A stretch of DNA of 24,000 nt from Candidatus Nitrospira nitrificans (GTDB taxonomy: Bacteria; Nitrospirota; Nitrospiria; Nitrospirales; Nitrospiraceae), in contig NZ_CZPZ01000032.1 of the NCBI RefSeq assembly GCF_001458775.1, positions 145,510 to 169,509 of the forward strand, in the 5' to 3' direction. This document shows positions 1-10,034 of the stretch, one piece after another. Numbering within the stretch: the stretch's first letter is position 1; each line of letters begins with the position of its first letter. A program made the translations under genes and the position numbers. The notes under the pieces were generated by a model, which did no database searches, was not told the DNA's origin, and saw only the letters and a list, made by a program, of their open reading frames with translations.

Positions 1-1
1 C

Positions 2-517
2 GGGCCCGGCGTGTTGTGGGTCGCGGCCTTGTTGGCCTGTTTATTGTCGCTTTCACGCGTGTTTACGGCGGATTATCTGGATGGGGCCCTCGAGCAGATG
101 GTGTTGATTCCCCAGCCCTTGGCGGTCCTGGTGGCTGGGAAGGTTTTCGCGCATTGGGTGATCTCCGGATTACCCGTGGTGCTGCTCTCGCCGCTCCTCG
201 GCCTTCAATTCGGCTTGGGTGGAGAACCCCTGGGGGTGTTGGTGTTGTCGCTCTTGCTTGGGACGCCGACGTTGAGTATGATTGGTGCGATCGGCGCCGC
301 GTTGGTCCTTGGCGTGCGGGGGAGTGGTCTACTGGTTGCCCTCCTGGTGCTTCCACTCTATGTTCCAGTGTTGATCTTTGGGGCCGGCGCCGTCACCGGC
401 AGTATGGCTGGAGTCGGCGGCGAAGCAAATCTGTCGCTGCTTGGGGCCTGTCTCGTGCTCTCGCTCTTTCTGGCGCCCTGGGCTACTGCAGCGGCGATAC
501 GCATTGCGTTGGAATAG
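2..517 (+). CDS. ccmB: Heme exporter membrane subunit CcmB, 5'-truncated by the window edge (about 170 C-terminal aa present)
   Basis: The frame is open from the first bases of the window to TAG at 515-517, so the GTG at 11 is probably internal. The product is polytopic and hydrophobic with CcmB-like blocks (DGALEQM..IPQPL, LLLGTPTLSMIGAIGAAL, LLVLPLYVPVLIF). It sits directly upstream of ccmC. Confidence 0.85.
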   Translation, partial: GPGVLWVAALLACLLSLSRVFTADYLDGALEQMVLIPQPLAVLVAGKVFAHWVISGLPVVLLSPLLGLQFGLGGEPLGVLVLSLLLGTPTLSMIGAIGAALVLGVRGSGLLVALLVLPLYVPVLIFGAGAVTGSMAGVGGEANLSLLGACLVLSLFLAPWATAAAIRIALE

Positions 518-532
518 AAGGATCTCATCAAC

Positions 533-1282
533 GTGAATTGGTCGAAGTATTCGGCGCCACAAGCCTTTTATCCCCTGGCAGGACGCCTCATTCCATGGTT
601 CGCCGTTGCGGCGGTTGCGCTGATGGCTATCGGCCTCTATATCGGGTTCTTCGTCGCGCCGACCGATTTTCAGCAAGGGGACTCGTATCGGATTATCTTT
701 GTTCATGTTCCCGCCGCCTGGATGTCGATGTTTCTCTATGTGGTCATGGCGATCTGGGCCGGCGTCGGAATGGGACTCAACGCGCGCCTTTCCTTCATGA
801 TGGCTCAGGCGATCGCGCCCACCGGGGCCATGTTTACGTTCCTGGCGTTGCTGACCGGAGCGATGTGGGGAAAACCGACATGGGGTGCGTGGTGGGTCTG
901 GGATGCCAGGCTGACCTCGGAGCTCATCCTCTTATTTCAGTATGCGGGGGTCATGCTCTTGCGGACGTCGATCGACGACATGCGTCGCGCCGACCGCTCG
1001 AGTGCGGTCTTTTCATTGGTCGGTGTGGTCAATGTGCCTATCATCTATTTTTCCGTGCAATGGTGGAACACCTTGCATCAAGGCGCCTCCGTCAGCATGT
1101 CGACGGGATCAAAGATGGCGGCGACGATGTTGACCGCCATGTTGCTCATGACGGTGGCTTTCTGGCTCTATAGCATCGCCGTCATTCTCGCCCGCGTGCG
1201 ATGCATCGTCGTCGAGCGGGACTCGCTACCGGTCTGGGATGAGAAACCGGCGGCGATTCGGGACGTGGTGGAGGCTCGCTGA
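533..1282 (+). CDS. ccmC: Heme lyase/heme-handling protein CcmC
   Basis: 249-aa membrane protein with a GTG start. It has the Trp-rich WWD signature WGAWWVWDARLTSE and conserved His residues in the flanking loops (IFVHVPAAW, WWNTLHQG). It lies between ccmB and ccmD. Confidence 0.93.
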   Translation: MNWSKYSAPQAFYPLAGRLIPWFAVAAVALMAIGLYIGFFVAPTDFQQGDSYRIIFVHVPAAWMSMFLYVVMAIWAGVGMGLNARLSFMMAQAIAPTGAMFTFLALLTGAMWGKPTWGAWWVWDARLTSELILLFQYAGVMLLRTSIDDMRRADRSSAVFSLVGVVNVPIIYFSVQWWNTLHQGASVSMSTGSKMAATMLTAMLLMTVAFWLYSIAVILARVRCIVVERDSLPVWDEKPAAIRDVVEAR

Positions 1283-1467
1283 TGCAGTGGGGGAGCGCGT
1301 CGGAATTTTTTGCGATGGGCGGGTACGGGCTGTATGTGTGGACCTCGTTTATCGCCACGGCGCTCTGTATGGGGTGGGAAGTACTGGCTTTGTGGCGCCG
1401 ACGAGCCGCGGCACGCGCCGAACAGCGTGCCGCGTTGTTAGGAGACACCGATGAAACCACGGCATAA
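1282..1467 (+). CDS. ccmD: Small membrane protein CcmD
   Basis: 61 aa. The N-terminal [13 protein letters not shown] block closely matches E. coli CcmD ([13 protein letters not shown]) and is followed by one TM helix and an Arg/Ala-rich tail. Its ATG overlaps the ccmC stop (TGATG). Confidence 0.88.
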   Translation: MQWGSASEFFAMGGYGLYVWTSFIATALCMGWEVLALWRRRAAARAEQRAALLGDTDETTA

Positions 1468-1933
1468 ACGTTTTGCCTTTATTGGTCTGGGATTGCTTGT
1501 CTTGGGTGTGGCGACCGTGCTGATCTTAAACGCCTTCCAGAGCAATCTGGTGTTCTTTTTTACGCCCACTCAAGTCGCCGGTGGAGAAGCCCCGCAAGGG
1601 CGTAGCTTCCGGATCGGTGGGATGGTCGAAGACGGCAGTCTGGTTCGTGAAAATGATGGTCTGACCGTCCATTTCATCGTGACCGATACCGCGAAGCGCG
1701 TGCCGGTGACGTATAAAGGGATTCTTCCCGACTTGTTCAAGGAGGGAAAGGGGGCCGTGGCCCAGGGGCAGTTGAGCGTCGATGGGACGTTTGTCGCCAG
1801 CGAAGTCCTCGCAAAGCACGATGAAAATTACATGCCTCCGGAAGCGGCGGAAGCGCTGGCGAAGGCGAAGGCCTCCGGGGCGCAGCAAAGCAAGTCACTC
1901 GTTGTTCCTCAAGGTACGAAAGATTCACTATGA
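1451..1933 (+). CDS. ccmE: Periplasmic heme chaperone CcmE
   Basis: 160 aa with an N-terminal membrane anchor and an OB-fold region ([22 protein letters not shown]). It has the covalent heme-binding HxxxY motif [17 protein letters not shown] lies 5 nt upstream of the ATG, and the gene overlaps the ccmD 3' end by 17 nt. Confidence 0.93.
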   Translation: MKPRHKRFAFIGLGLLVLGVATVLILNAFQSNLVFFFTPTQVAGGEAPQGRSFRIGGMVEDGSLVRENDGLTVHFIVTDTAKRVPVTYKGILPDLFKEGKGAVAQGQLSVDGTFVASEVLAKHDENYMPPEAAEALAKAKASGAQQSKSLVVPQGTKDSL

Positions 1934-3921
1934 TTCCAGAAATCGGTCATTTTGCCTTGATTCTCGCGCTCTGCGTCGCGGTGGTGCAGGGACTCTTTCC
2001 CATCTACGGCGCCGCGGTCGGAAACTCGGCGCTGATGGCGGTGGCCAAGCCGGCGGCGCGCGGGCAGTTCTTCTTGGTGCTGATTGCGTTTTGCTGCCTG
2101 GGATACGCGTTCGCCGACAAAGATTTTTCCGTGCTGTATGTGGCGGCAACATCGAATTCACAACTCCCGTTGCATTATCGCTTGGCGGCAATTTGGGGCG
2201 CGCATGAAGGCTCTCTGCTTTTGTGGACCTTCATCTTGACCCTGTGGATGTTTGCGGTCACGCTCTTCTCCTCCCATCTCCCGGAAGCCACACGTTCCCG
2301 GATTCTCGGAGTCATGGGTTTGGTAAGCGTGGGGTTCCTTCTGTTCATGTTGACGGTGTCCAATCCGTTCGAACGGCTGATTCCTGCGGCTCTCGACGGG
2401 CGTGATCTCAATCCGCTCTTGCAGGACCCCGGCATGGTGATCCATCCGCCGATGCTCTATATGGGCTATGTCGGTTTCTCGGTCGCCTTCGCCTTTGCCA
2501 TCGCCGCATTGTTGGGGGGAAACCTTGATGCGGCCTGGGCCCGTTGGTCTCGGCCATGGACGACGGTGGCCTGGTGTTTTCTGACGGTCGGTATTGCGAT
2601 GGGAAGCGGCTGGGCCTACTACGAGCTCGGGTGGGGCGGCTGGTGGTTTTGGGATCCGGTTGAAAACGCCTCATTCATGCCGTGGTTGGCCGGGACCGCG
2701 TTGGTGCATTCATTGGCCGTGACCGACAAGCGGGGCGGGTTCAAGGTGTGGACGGTTTTACTCGCCATCATGGCATTTTCATTGAGCCTCCTGGGGACGT
2801 TTCTCGTGCGGTCCGGTGTCTTAACCTCCGTGCATGCCTTTGCCACCGATCCGAAGCGGGGTCTCTTCATCCTTGCCTTTTTGGCGATCGTCATCGGTGG
2901 GTCGTTGGCCTTGTATGCTTGGCGCGCTCCCAAGGTTGGGCTGGGCGGCAGCTTCGCGATGTTGTCGAGAGAGGGCATGCTGTTGGCCAACAACGTGTTG
3001 TTGGTGGCCGCGATGGGCTCGGTGCTGTTAGGCACGCTGTACCCCTTGTTTTTAGACGCCCTGGACCTCGGGAAAATTTCCGTGGGGCCTCCGTATTTTG
3101 ACTCCGTCTTCGTGCCGTTGATGGTCCCTGCGATTTTCTTGATGGGAATCGGCCCGCTGGCCCAATGGAAAAAGGCGAGTCTGCCTGATTTGGCGAAGCG
3201 GTTGAAGTGGGCATTCGGGGTCAGTCTTGTGTCCGCGCTGACGCTGCCGTTTGTCCTGGGGAGCTGGACACCTCTGTTGAGCCTCGGCCTCCTCTTGGCC
3301 ATTTGGATCGTGACGACCGCGGTGGTGACATTGCGCGAACGGTTGGCTCATCTGAATGGAAATAGTCTTGTCGAACGCCTGGCTTCGGTGCCCAGATCCT
3401 ATTGGGGGATGCTCGTGGCGCACTGCGGGATTGCGGTCTTTATCGTCGGGGTGACGATGGTGAAAGGCTTCGAATCCGAAAAGGATGTGCGGATGAGCGT
3501 GGGCGAGACGGCGACGATCGGCGACTATACGTTTCGATTCGACGGGGCTCAGGATGTGGTCGGACCAAACTATACGGCAGCCCGTGGGACGTTCCGAGTG
3601 AGTTATGACGGCCGTGAAACGACGGTTCTGTACCCGGAAAAACGACGGTATGCCGTTCAGAATCAAGTCATGACCGAAGCCGCCATCGATCCGGGACTAT
3701 TGCGCGATCTCTATGTGTCGTTGGGAGAGCCGCTCGACGAGGGGGCCTGGAGCGTGCGGCTTTACCATAAGCCGTTTGTGGATTGGATCTGGGGCGGGTG
3801 TTTTATCATGGCGCTGGGCGGTGTGCTGGCCATCAGTGATCGCCGGTATCGACTGGCATGGCGTCGGCAAGAACCGGCTGTGCCTGCACCCCCACGAGCA
3901 GCTAGGCGAAAAGTGGCATGA
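1930..3921 (+). CDS. ccmF: Cytochrome c-type biogenesis heme lyase subunit CcmF
   Basis: 663-aa polytopic protein with the WWD signature [14 protein letters not shown] and typical CcmF blocks ([28 protein letters not shown]). It has an ATGA overlap with ccmE. Confidence 0.95.
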   Translation: MIPEIGHFALILALCVAVVQGLFPIYGAAVGNSALMAVAKPAARGQFFLVLIAFCCLGYAFADKDFSVLYVAATSNSQLPLHYRLAAIWGAHEGSLLLWTFILTLWMFAVTLFSSHLPEATRSRILGVMGLVSVGFLLFMLTVSNPFERLIPAALDGRDLNPLLQDPGMVIHPPMLYMGYVGFSVAFAFAIAALLGGNLDAAWARWSRPWTTVAWCFLTVGIAMGSGWAYYELGWGGWWFWDPVENASFMPWLAGTALVHSLAVTDKRGGFKVWTVLLAIMAFSLSLLGTFLVRSGVLTSVHAFATDPKRGLFILAFLAIVIGGSLALYAWRAPKVGLGGSFAMLSREGMLLANNVLLVAAMGSVLLGTLYPLFLDALDLGKISVGPPYFDSVFVPLMVPAIFLMGIGPLAQWKKASLPDLAKRLKWAFGVSLVSALTLPFVLGSWTPLLSLGLLLAIWIVTTAVVTLRERLAHLNGNSLVERLASVPRSYWGMLVAHCGIAVFIVGVTMVKGFESEKDVRMSVGETATIGDYTFRFDGAQDVVGPNYTAARGTFRVSYDGRETTVLYPEKRRYAVQNQVMTEAAIDPGLLRDLYVSLGEPLDEGAWSVRLYHKPFVDWIWGGCFIMALGGVLAISDRRYRLAWRRQEPAVPAPPRAARRKVA

Positions 3922-4445
3922 ATCGGTTCCTTCTGCCGCTCTCCATATTTATCGTCGTCGTGGGATTTCTTGGCGTGGGCCTCAAGCTCAACCCGCGGGA
4001 GATTCCGTCTCCCTTGGTCGGGAAGGCCGCGCCGGATTTTTCCCAGCCGCAGCTCTATGATCGCGAGAAAGTGTTTTCTCCTGCAGACCTCAAAGGGAAG
4101 GTGTGGCTGCTCAACTTTTGGGCCTCGTGGTGCAGCGGGTGTAAGACCGAGCATCCGGTGCTGATGGAGCTGGCCAAGTCCGGTGAAGTGCCGATCTATG
4201 GCATGGATTATAAGGATCAGCAGGACGAAGCGATGACCTGGTTGAGGCGATGGGGCAATCCCTATCCGATTGTCGGGGTGGATGATGCCGGACGGGTCGG
4301 CATCAATTACGGAGTTTACGGAGTTCCCGAAACGTACGTCATCGACAAGCAGGGCGTCATCCGTTATAAGCAGATCGGGCCATTGGATTCCGACACGGTC
4401 GCCAAGACGATTCTTCCTCTTGTAAAGCAGCTTGAATCGCAATGA
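3918..4445 (+). CDS. ccmG: Thiol:disulfide oxidoreductase CcmG/DsbE (thioredoxin fold, membrane anchored)
   Basis: 175 aa with an N-terminal anchor, the active-site motif NFWASWCSGCKTEHP (CxxC) and the conserved block GVYGVPETYVID. It has ATGA overlaps with ccmF and ccmH. Confidence 0.92.
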   Translation: MNRFLLPLSIFIVVVGFLGVGLKLNPREIPSPLVGKAAPDFSQPQLYDREKVFSPADLKGKVWLLNFWASWCSGCKTEHPVLMELAKSGEVPIYGMDYKDQQDEAMTWLRRWGNPYPIVGVDDAGRVGINYGVYGVPETYVIDKQGVIRYKQIGPLDSDTVAKTILPLVKQLESQ

Positions 4446-4903
4446 CTTGGGTGATGCTCATCATAGTGTTGTCGTGCGGGACGGTCTGGGCCGGAGAGGC
4501 CAGGCCGTTGGCCGATGATCCGGCCGCCGAGGCGCGGCTCAAGCATCTCGCCGTCGAGCTTCGATGTCTGGTCTGTCAAAATCAAACCTTGGCCGACTCG
4601 AACGCTCCGCTGGCGGAGGACCTGCGTCGAGAAGTTCGAGAGATGATCGCCAAGAATATGAGCGACCAGGAGATCATCGAGTTTCTTGTGGCCCGCTATG
4701 GGGACTTCGTCCTGTATCGACCGCCGCTCAAGGCCACGACCACGCTGCTGTGGGTGGGACCATTTGCTTTAATGGCGATCGGGGCGACGGCGTTGGTCGT
4801 TACGTTGCGGCGTCGAGCGCGTACGATGGTTGAGATTCCGGTGACGGATGAAGAGCATCGACGGGTTGAACAACTCTTGGCAGAAGGAGAGAAGCGATCA
4901 TGA
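4442..4903 (+). CDS. ccmH: Cytochrome c maturation protein CcmH (CycL type)
   Basis: 153 aa with a signal/anchor, the diagnostic motif LRCLVCQNQTLADSNAPLA, then a TM helix. It has a 4-nt overlap with the next gene. Confidence 0.9.
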   Translation: MTWVMLIIVLSCGTVWAGEARPLADDPAAEARLKHLAVELRCLVCQNQTLADSNAPLAEDLRREVREMIAKNMSDQEIIEFLVARYGDFVLYRPPLKATTTLLWVGPFALMAIGATALVVTLRRRARTMVEIPVTDEEHRRVEQLLAEGEKRS

Positions 4904-6189
4904 CCGTGACATTCTGGGCGATCGTGTCCGCCATGACCGTAGCCGTCTTGGGCCTCTTAGTGCGCCCGTTGTTGAAGCGTCCGGCGCAGCTGACAAGTGA
5001 ACAGGAAAAGACGTTGCCGGTGTATCGGCAGCAATTCTCGGAGCTGGAGCAAGATCTCACCAACGGGCTGCTGACGGATGACCAGTATCAGACGGCTCGA
5101 CATGAGCTGGAGCGCCGGGTGTTGGAGGAGACTGGTTCCACCGACACATCGTCGATGATGTCCGGAGGGCTCGTGAATCTTCGGCTTGTCGCACTGTCGC
5201 TGGTCCTGGTCATTCCGGCAGCCAGTGGCGTGCTCTATTGGACATTGGGAAATCCTGCCGCAATGACGCACCCGGCCGTAGCAGCGTCGTCCTCGCAAGG
5301 CGGACCCGGCGATGATCCTCAGATGGCCGACAGCCTCAATCAGCTGATCGAGCAGTTGCGGAAGAAATTAGAGCAGAATCCCAATGATGGGGTCGGATGG
5401 GGACTCTTGGCCCGATCCTATATGGCCATGGAACGGTATGCCGATGCCGTCCCCATTTTCGAGAAGGCCACCAAGCTCGATCCCGATAATGCAAGTCTCC
5501 TCGCCGACTACGCGGATGCACTCGGCGTCCACCAGGGGCGCAAGTTGGAAGGAAGGCCTGAGGCCTTGATCCAAAAAGCTTTGAAGGTCGACCCCCACAA
5601 TGTCAAGGCGTTGATGCTGTCCGGGACCCTTGCCTACAACCGAAAAGATTTTTCGCGCGCCGCCAAAGAATGGGAAGATGCCCACGCGTATCTTCCGCCT
5701 GATGACCAAGAGTCGGCGGATCAACTGAAAGCGAGCATTGCCGAAGCCAAACGACGTCTCGGCGGTGGTCCCAGCATGGGGATGATGGTGGCCAATCCAC
5801 CGATGGAACAGGCAAAGCCCGCCAAGCCGTCGGCCCAATCCGGGCAGCCACGTGCAATTACGGGTAAGGTGGTATTAGGGCCGAACATGGCAGGCAAAGC
5901 GCTTCCAGATACGTTGTTCGTATTTGCAAAGGATGTGGCCGGGCCGCCGATGCCCGTGTCGATCGTCCGAGCATCGAGAAAAGATTTGCCCTTCACCTTC
6001 CGGCTGGATGATTCAACGAGCCCTATGCCGTCGAGGAAATTGTCGGATATCGATACGGTTGTCATCGTCGCGCGCCTGTCGAAATCCGGAAAAGCCATGG
6101 CTGAAAGTGGTGATCTGGAGGGGATGAGCCAACCGATTAAGCCGGGCGCGGAAAACATCACCGTTGTCATCGATCGGGAGAGACCGTAG
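4900..6189 (+). CDS. ccmI: Cytochrome c maturation protein CcmI/CycH (TM + TPR + C-terminal domain)
   Basis: 429 aa. It has two N-terminal TM segments separated by a charged loop and TPR-like repeats (GWGLLARSYMAMERYADAVPIFEKATKLDPDNASLLADYADAL...). A C-terminal domain resembles the proteobacterial CcmI tail (FVFAKDVAGPPMPVSIVR...LPFTFRLDDS). It is the last gene of the coupled ccm string. Confidence 0.85.
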   Translation: MTVTFWAIVSAMTVAVLGLLVRPLLKRPAQLTSEQEKTLPVYRQQFSELEQDLTNGLLTDDQYQTARHELERRVLEETGSTDTSSMMSGGLVNLRLVALSLVLVIPAASGVLYWTLGNPAAMTHPAVAASSSQGGPGDDPQMADSLNQLIEQLRKKLEQNPNDGVGWGLLARSYMAMERYADAVPIFEKATKLDPDNASLLADYADALGVHQGRKLEGRPEALIQKALKVDPHNVKALMLSGTLAYNRKDFSRAAKEWEDAHAYLPPDDQESADQLKASIAEAKRRLGGGPSMGMMVANPPMEQAKPAKPSAQSGQPRAITGKVVLGPNMAGKALPDTLFVFAKDVAGPPMPVSIVRASRKDLPFTFRLDDSTSPMPSRKLSDIDTVVIVARLSKSGKAMAESGDLEGMSQPIKPGAENITVVIDRERP

Positions 6190-6257
6190 TGGCCATCAGA
6201 TCATGTGTCTCTTGTAAGATATGAGCGATGTGGTTGCTCATGCGCGAAGGAAATATC

Positions 6258-6286
6258 TTGACAGTCTAGCAGGGCTCAGTTATATT
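6258..6286 (+). promoter_or_regulatory. Candidate sigma70-type promoter of the hao operon
   Basis: TTGACA (6258-6263), an exactly 17-nt spacer, then TATATT (6281-6286). It sits in the AT-rich 192-nt gap between ccmI and hao and predicts a leader of about 120 nt. Confidence 0.55.
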
Positions 6287-6411
6287 TCGCCGCCATCTTT
6301 ATTATGAAGAACTTGTGCAAAACAACCAGCATATAAACAAGCTAGTGTGTCATTAAATATTCTTGTGAAGGACAGTGTGCAGTGTCCATCAACGGAAGGA
6401 GTCGAACTGTG

Positions 6412-8112
6412 ATGGTAAAGAACATGGTGAAGTATGCGCTGGTAGTCTGCGGCGTCTTACTGGCTGCGCAGGCTCAGGCGGATTTCCCCACCGTTCCGAA
6501 GGAAACCTACGAGGCCTTGAAGATTGATCGCTCAGCCTCGCCGAAGGAACTGTATGAAGCGTTGGTCAAGCGGTATATGGATCCGGCGCAGCAGGGCGTG
6601 GGAAAAGGGAAATACGGCGACTATTGGCAGCCGGTCTCCTTCAGTAAGTATTTCGATCCCCATACCTTCTATAAGCCACCCCAGGCGGTGAAAGAAGTCG
6701 CCAGTCGTGAGCAGTGCGTGAAGTGCCACACGGATGAATCACCCGGATGGGTGGCGGCCTGGAAGAAGAGCACCCATGCGAATCTGGACAAGATCCGTAA
6801 GCTGACCCCGAAAGATGAGACCTTCTATAAGAAGGCGAAGCTGGAAGCGGTTGAAGCCAACCTCCGCTCGATCGGGAAGCTGGGCAAGGGGGAGAACCTG
6901 AAGGAAGTCGGCTGTATTGATTGTCACTTCGACATCAATACCAAGAACAAGGCCGATCACCGGAAGGATATCAAGCTGGCCACCGCCGATACCTGCGGGA
7001 CCTGCCACCTGCAAGAGTTTGCCGAGCGCGAATCCGAGCGGGATACGATTACGTGGCCGAAGGATCAGTGGCCCAAGGGACGTCCGTCCCACGCGTTGGA
7101 CTATAGGGCCAATGTGGAAGTGGAAGTCTATGCCGGGATGCCGCAGCGAGAAATCGCCGATGGCTGCACGGGTTGCCACGTCAATCAAAATAAGTGCGAT
7201 ACCTGCCATGCGCGGCATGAATTCTCGGTGGCGGAATCACGCAAGCCGGAAGTCTGTGCGCAGTGCCATAGCGGGGCCGACAACAACAACTGGGAAGCCT
7301 ATTCCCTCTCCAAGCATGGGTTGAAGTATCAGCGCGATAAAGATCACTGGAACTTCAATATCCCCATCAAGGAAGCCATCGCGAAGGGCGCCGAAACGGC
7401 CCCAACGTGTCAGTACTGCCACATGGAATATCAGGGCAAGATTGCCCACAACATCGTGCGGAAGGTCCGTTGGGCGAACTATCCGTTCGTGCCGGGCATT
7501 CGGGAGAACATCAAGACCGAATGGGCCGACAAGCGGAACGATGCCTGGGTGAAAACCTGTACCCAGTGTCACTCCGAGACCTATGCCCGCGCGTGGTTGG
7601 AGTTCATGGATAACGGAACCTTCTCAGGTATCGATAAGTACGACGAAGCCCATCATGTCGTCGAGGAGCAGTATAAGTCCGGGCTGTTGACCGGTCAGAA
7701 GACGAACCGTCCGGCACCACCGGCGCCGGAGACGGATGGCTTTGAAAAGTTCTTCCAGATCTATTGGTCGAAGGGAAACAATCCAGCGGCCAATGAATTG
7801 AAACTGTTCGAAATGGCGGAAGACCACTTGGTGCAATTACACGTCAGCTTGGCGCACCAGTATTGGGGCTATACCTATACGGTGGGTTGGGCGGCGATGA
7901 ATCGGGCCTATGTGGAAATCATGGACGATGATACGCGCCTTAAGGAAAAGCTGGATCTTCAAGCGCGGGTGGCCAAGCTCGAAGGCCAGATGAAGCATAG
8001 TCTGCTGGATCTCGATACGGAGACCGGCAAGATCTCGCTGGGCGGGATCGGCGGCGGCATGATGCTCGCCGGGACCCTTGCCCTCGCAGGGTGGCGGCGT
8101 AACAAGAAGTAG
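6412..8112 (+). CDS. haoA: Octaheme hydroxylamine oxidoreductase (HAO)
   Basis: It has eight CxxCH motifs (CVKCH, CIDCH, CGTCH, CTGCH, CDTCH, CAQCH, CQYCH, CTQCH) and a signal peptide ([13 protein letters not shown]). Synteny with haoB-cycA-cycB supports the call. The ORF track starts at GTG 6382, but GGAAGGAG (6394-6401) favours GTG 6409 or ATG 6412. The C-terminus is hydrophobic. Confidence 0.95.
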   Translation: MVKNMVKYALVVCGVLLAAQAQADFPTVPKETYEALKIDRSASPKELYEALVKRYMDPAQQGVGKGKYGDYWQPVSFSKYFDPHTFYKPPQAVKEVASREQCVKCHTDESPGWVAAWKKSTHANLDKIRKLTPKDETFYKKAKLEAVEANLRSIGKLGKGENLKEVGCIDCHFDINTKNKADHRKDIKLATADTCGTCHLQEFAERESERDTITWPKDQWPKGRPSHALDYRANVEVEVYAGMPQREIADGCTGCHVNQNKCDTCHARHEFSVAESRKPEVCAQCHSGADNNNWEAYSLSKHGLKYQRDKDHWNFNIPIKEAIAKGAETAPTCQYCHMEYQGKIAHNIVRKVRWANYPFVPGIRENIKTEWADKRNDAWVKTCTQCHSETYARAWLEFMDNGTFSGIDKYDEAHHVVEEQYKSGLLTGQKTNRPAPPAPETDGFEKFFQIYWSKGNNPAANELKLFEMAEDHLVQLHVSLAHQYWGYTYTVGWAAMNRAYVEIMDDDTRLKEKLDLQARVAKLEGQMKHSLLDLDTETGKISLGGIGGGMMLAGTLALAGWRRNKK

Positions 8113-8114
8113 CA

Positions 8115-9143
8115 GTGAGCGCGACGCCGTCCCTGAGCGAATCGGTATCACGTCCGTCAGGGACTAAGATCCTCCCGTCACTCGGGTTCCTCCTGGTGAC
8201 GGGAGGTCTGTTTCTGAGCGGATGGTTTGCCTACCTTTGGTTTAAACCTGCCCCTGCTCCCTACAACTATCAGCTGGTTGACGAGGGCAATGTCACGAAG
8301 TTTGACAGTCTACCAGTCCAAGCTTGGCCTGATTTGACCATCGCTAAATACGAAGTCCATGTTCCATCCGTAGACAAACCGATTGCTATCGCGTATCGGG
8401 CTAGTAAAGGGAACGGGAGATCCGTTCTGCTACACTGGGAAAATTTGGTGTCTGAGCCTGTCGGCTCGATGGGCAGCGATTTATCTGAACTTGCCACGAT
8501 TGCGACCGATATCACGAAACATGTTCCAAAGGGAGCTGTCATCTTGGCCTGGTGGGATACCTCTCAACAGATTGGTCTTCTGTCCGAGCGGGACACGTTG
8601 TTTACGTCCCATCTTGGGCAACCCCGTATTGCGCCATCGTACTGGAAGGATCGTGCTGATGTCATTGCGGAATATGAACGTCAATTTTGGGGCGCATCAG
8701 GGTCGTCTGAAGAGGAACGAAAATTCCAACAATTTGTGGATGCCCTGTCCTCTGAAACCAATACAGGGCCGGCCCTGCTTCGGGAATTAGTTGGTGCTCG
8801 CGAGGCGTATATAGTCGTCCATCCCTCGGACCTTTATAAGTTGGGACTCATGCGGCCTGATCGCGTGGATATTGCCTTTAAGGACTTTCCCTTGACCGGA
8901 AACGTTCATGGGCTTGCGAACCAAGTTAAAGCATGGATGAAAGAGTACGGATACGATACCTATACCCTCCAGTCGTTGTCTGAAAAACTCGTACGAGCTT
9001 ATTTTTTGAACGAAGGGAAAAAGGGAAAGATTTTGCTGTCCCAAATGCTTCCACTCATGAATTCGACTCCGGTTGATTTGCAAGCGATGCAGCTTGTCCA
9101 TAAGCATGGTGGCTATTGGGTGTATAAGATTCCGGGCAATTGA
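8115..9143 (+). CDS. haoB: HaoB (orf2), a membrane-anchored protein of unknown function always found next to hao
   Basis: 342 aa with a GTG start 2 nt after the hao stop and one N-terminal TM helix (ILPSLGFLLVTGGLFLSGWFAYLWF). It has no heme motif. The call rests mainly on its conserved position between hao and cycA. Confidence 0.7.
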   Translation: MSATPSLSESVSRPSGTKILPSLGFLLVTGGLFLSGWFAYLWFKPAPAPYNYQLVDEGNVTKFDSLPVQAWPDLTIAKYEVHVPSVDKPIAIAYRASKGNGRSVLLHWENLVSEPVGSMGSDLSELATIATDITKHVPKGAVILAWWDTSQQIGLLSERDTLFTSHLGQPRIAPSYWKDRADVIAEYERQFWGASGSSEEERKFQQFVDALSSETNTGPALLRELVGAREAYIVVHPSDLYKLGLMRPDRVDIAFKDFPLTGNVHGLANQVKAWMKEYGYDTYTLQSLSEKLVRAYFLNEGKKGKILLSQMLPLMNSTPVDLQAMQLVHKHGGYWVYKIPGN

Positions 9144-9312
9144 AAGTTACGCTGCTGCACAGTCCTTGAAGAACGGGGTAGCAGTCCAGAATCGCCCATG
9201 GTAAACTGAAGCGCCTGGAAGCAGTCAGGGGAAAAGGCTATCAAATTCTCCACTACGGCTTTATGACAAGTCCTTACGTTCTTACTCATATCTCTATCGG
9301 AAAGGAGATGCC

Positions 9313-10032
9313 GTGAATCACCGCATTCTGTATTCATTCGCCGCTGCGGCGGTATTTCTAGCAGTGGCCGGAACGGCCTTTGCTGAAGGGACTTTCGAAG
9401 GCAGGAAGAAATGCTTCAACTGCCATAAAGGTGAAGGGGAATCCTGGGAAAAATCACTCCATGGCAAGGCCATGGAATCCCTCAAACCCAACACGAGGAA
9501 AGAAGCTAAGCTGAAGGCTAAGCTTGATCCAAAGAAAGATTATACAAAGGATAAGGATTGCGTTGGATGCCATGTCGATGGGTTCGGTAAGGAAGGCGGC
9601 TATGTCATCGAAGAACCGGAAAAGTTCTTGACGGGTGTCGGTTGCGAGTCTTGCCATGGAGCCGGTAGTGACTATCGAAAGATCCATAGAAAAGCCGGTG
9701 AAGCGTTTGAAAAGTCTCAGAAGACCATGGAGCGGACCAATCTCGTCGAAGCGGGTCAGGACTTTGAGTTTCAAGAGAAATGCAATGCCTGTCACTTGAA
9801 TTACGAAGGATCACCTTGGAAGGGAGTGAAGAAGCCCTATACGCCGTTCACACCAACCGTCGACAAGAAGTATGCCTTTGATTTTGAAAAGTCGGTAAGA
9901 AATGACAAAGCCATGCATGAGCATTTTAAACTTGCCGGCACCTTCACCGGGCCGCCAATGCCGAAGTTCCATGAGGAATTCCAGAAGGCAGCCAAACCGC
10001 CGGTGAAGGCCGACAAGGCTGGGGACGAATAG
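9313..10032 (+). CDS. cycA: Tetraheme cytochrome c554
   Basis: 239 aa with a signal peptide (AVAGTAFA) and four CxxCH motifs (CFNCH, CVGCH, CESCH, CNACH). AAGGAGA lies upstream of the GTG start, and the gene follows haoB. Confidence 0.85.
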   Translation: MNHRILYSFAAAAVFLAVAGTAFAEGTFEGRKKCFNCHKGEGESWEKSLHGKAMESLKPNTRKEAKLKAKLDPKKDYTKDKDCVGCHVDGFGKEGGYVIEEPEKFLTGVGCESCHGAGSDYRKIHRKAGEAFEKSQKTMERTNLVEAGQDFEFQEKCNACHLNYEGSPWKGVKKPYTPFTPTVDKKYAFDFEKSVRNDKAMHEHFKLAGTFTGPPMPKFHEEFQKAAKPPVKADKAGDE

Positions 10033-10034
10033 CC

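Noticed and set aside
16-1173. 385-aa ORF on the + strand overlapping ccmB and ccmC in another frame. Similar long overlapping or antisense ORFs occur at 2619-3302 (-), 3052-3666 (-), 3762-4442 (-) and 5368-5838 (-).
   Set aside because: These are Arg/Gly/Pro-rich, low-complexity products typical of shadow frames in GC-rich coding DNA. The alternative frames encode unmistakable Ccm proteins.
6382-6411. The upstream GTG start of hao given in the ORF track.
   Set aside because: The only good Shine-Dalgarno sequence (GGAAGGAG, 6394-6401) lies inside this extension and serves GTG 6409 or ATG 6412. The extension adds a non-signal-like [10 protein letters not shown] prefix.
6412-8112. HAO-like octaheme protein as a reductive (epsilon-Hao-type) enzyme or an anammox hydrazine dehydrogenase rather than a hydroxylamine oxidoreductase.
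   Set aside because: The haoB-cycA(c554)-cycB(cM552) synteny is specific to aerobic ammonia oxidisers. No hydrazine synthase genes are nearby.
9144-9312. Possible internal promoter or hairpin in the 169-nt haoB-cycA spacer (ATGACA at 9263-9268, 17 nt, TCATAT).
   Set aside because: The -10 matches the consensus poorly and no convincing stem-loop is present. This is too weak to call without transcript mapping.
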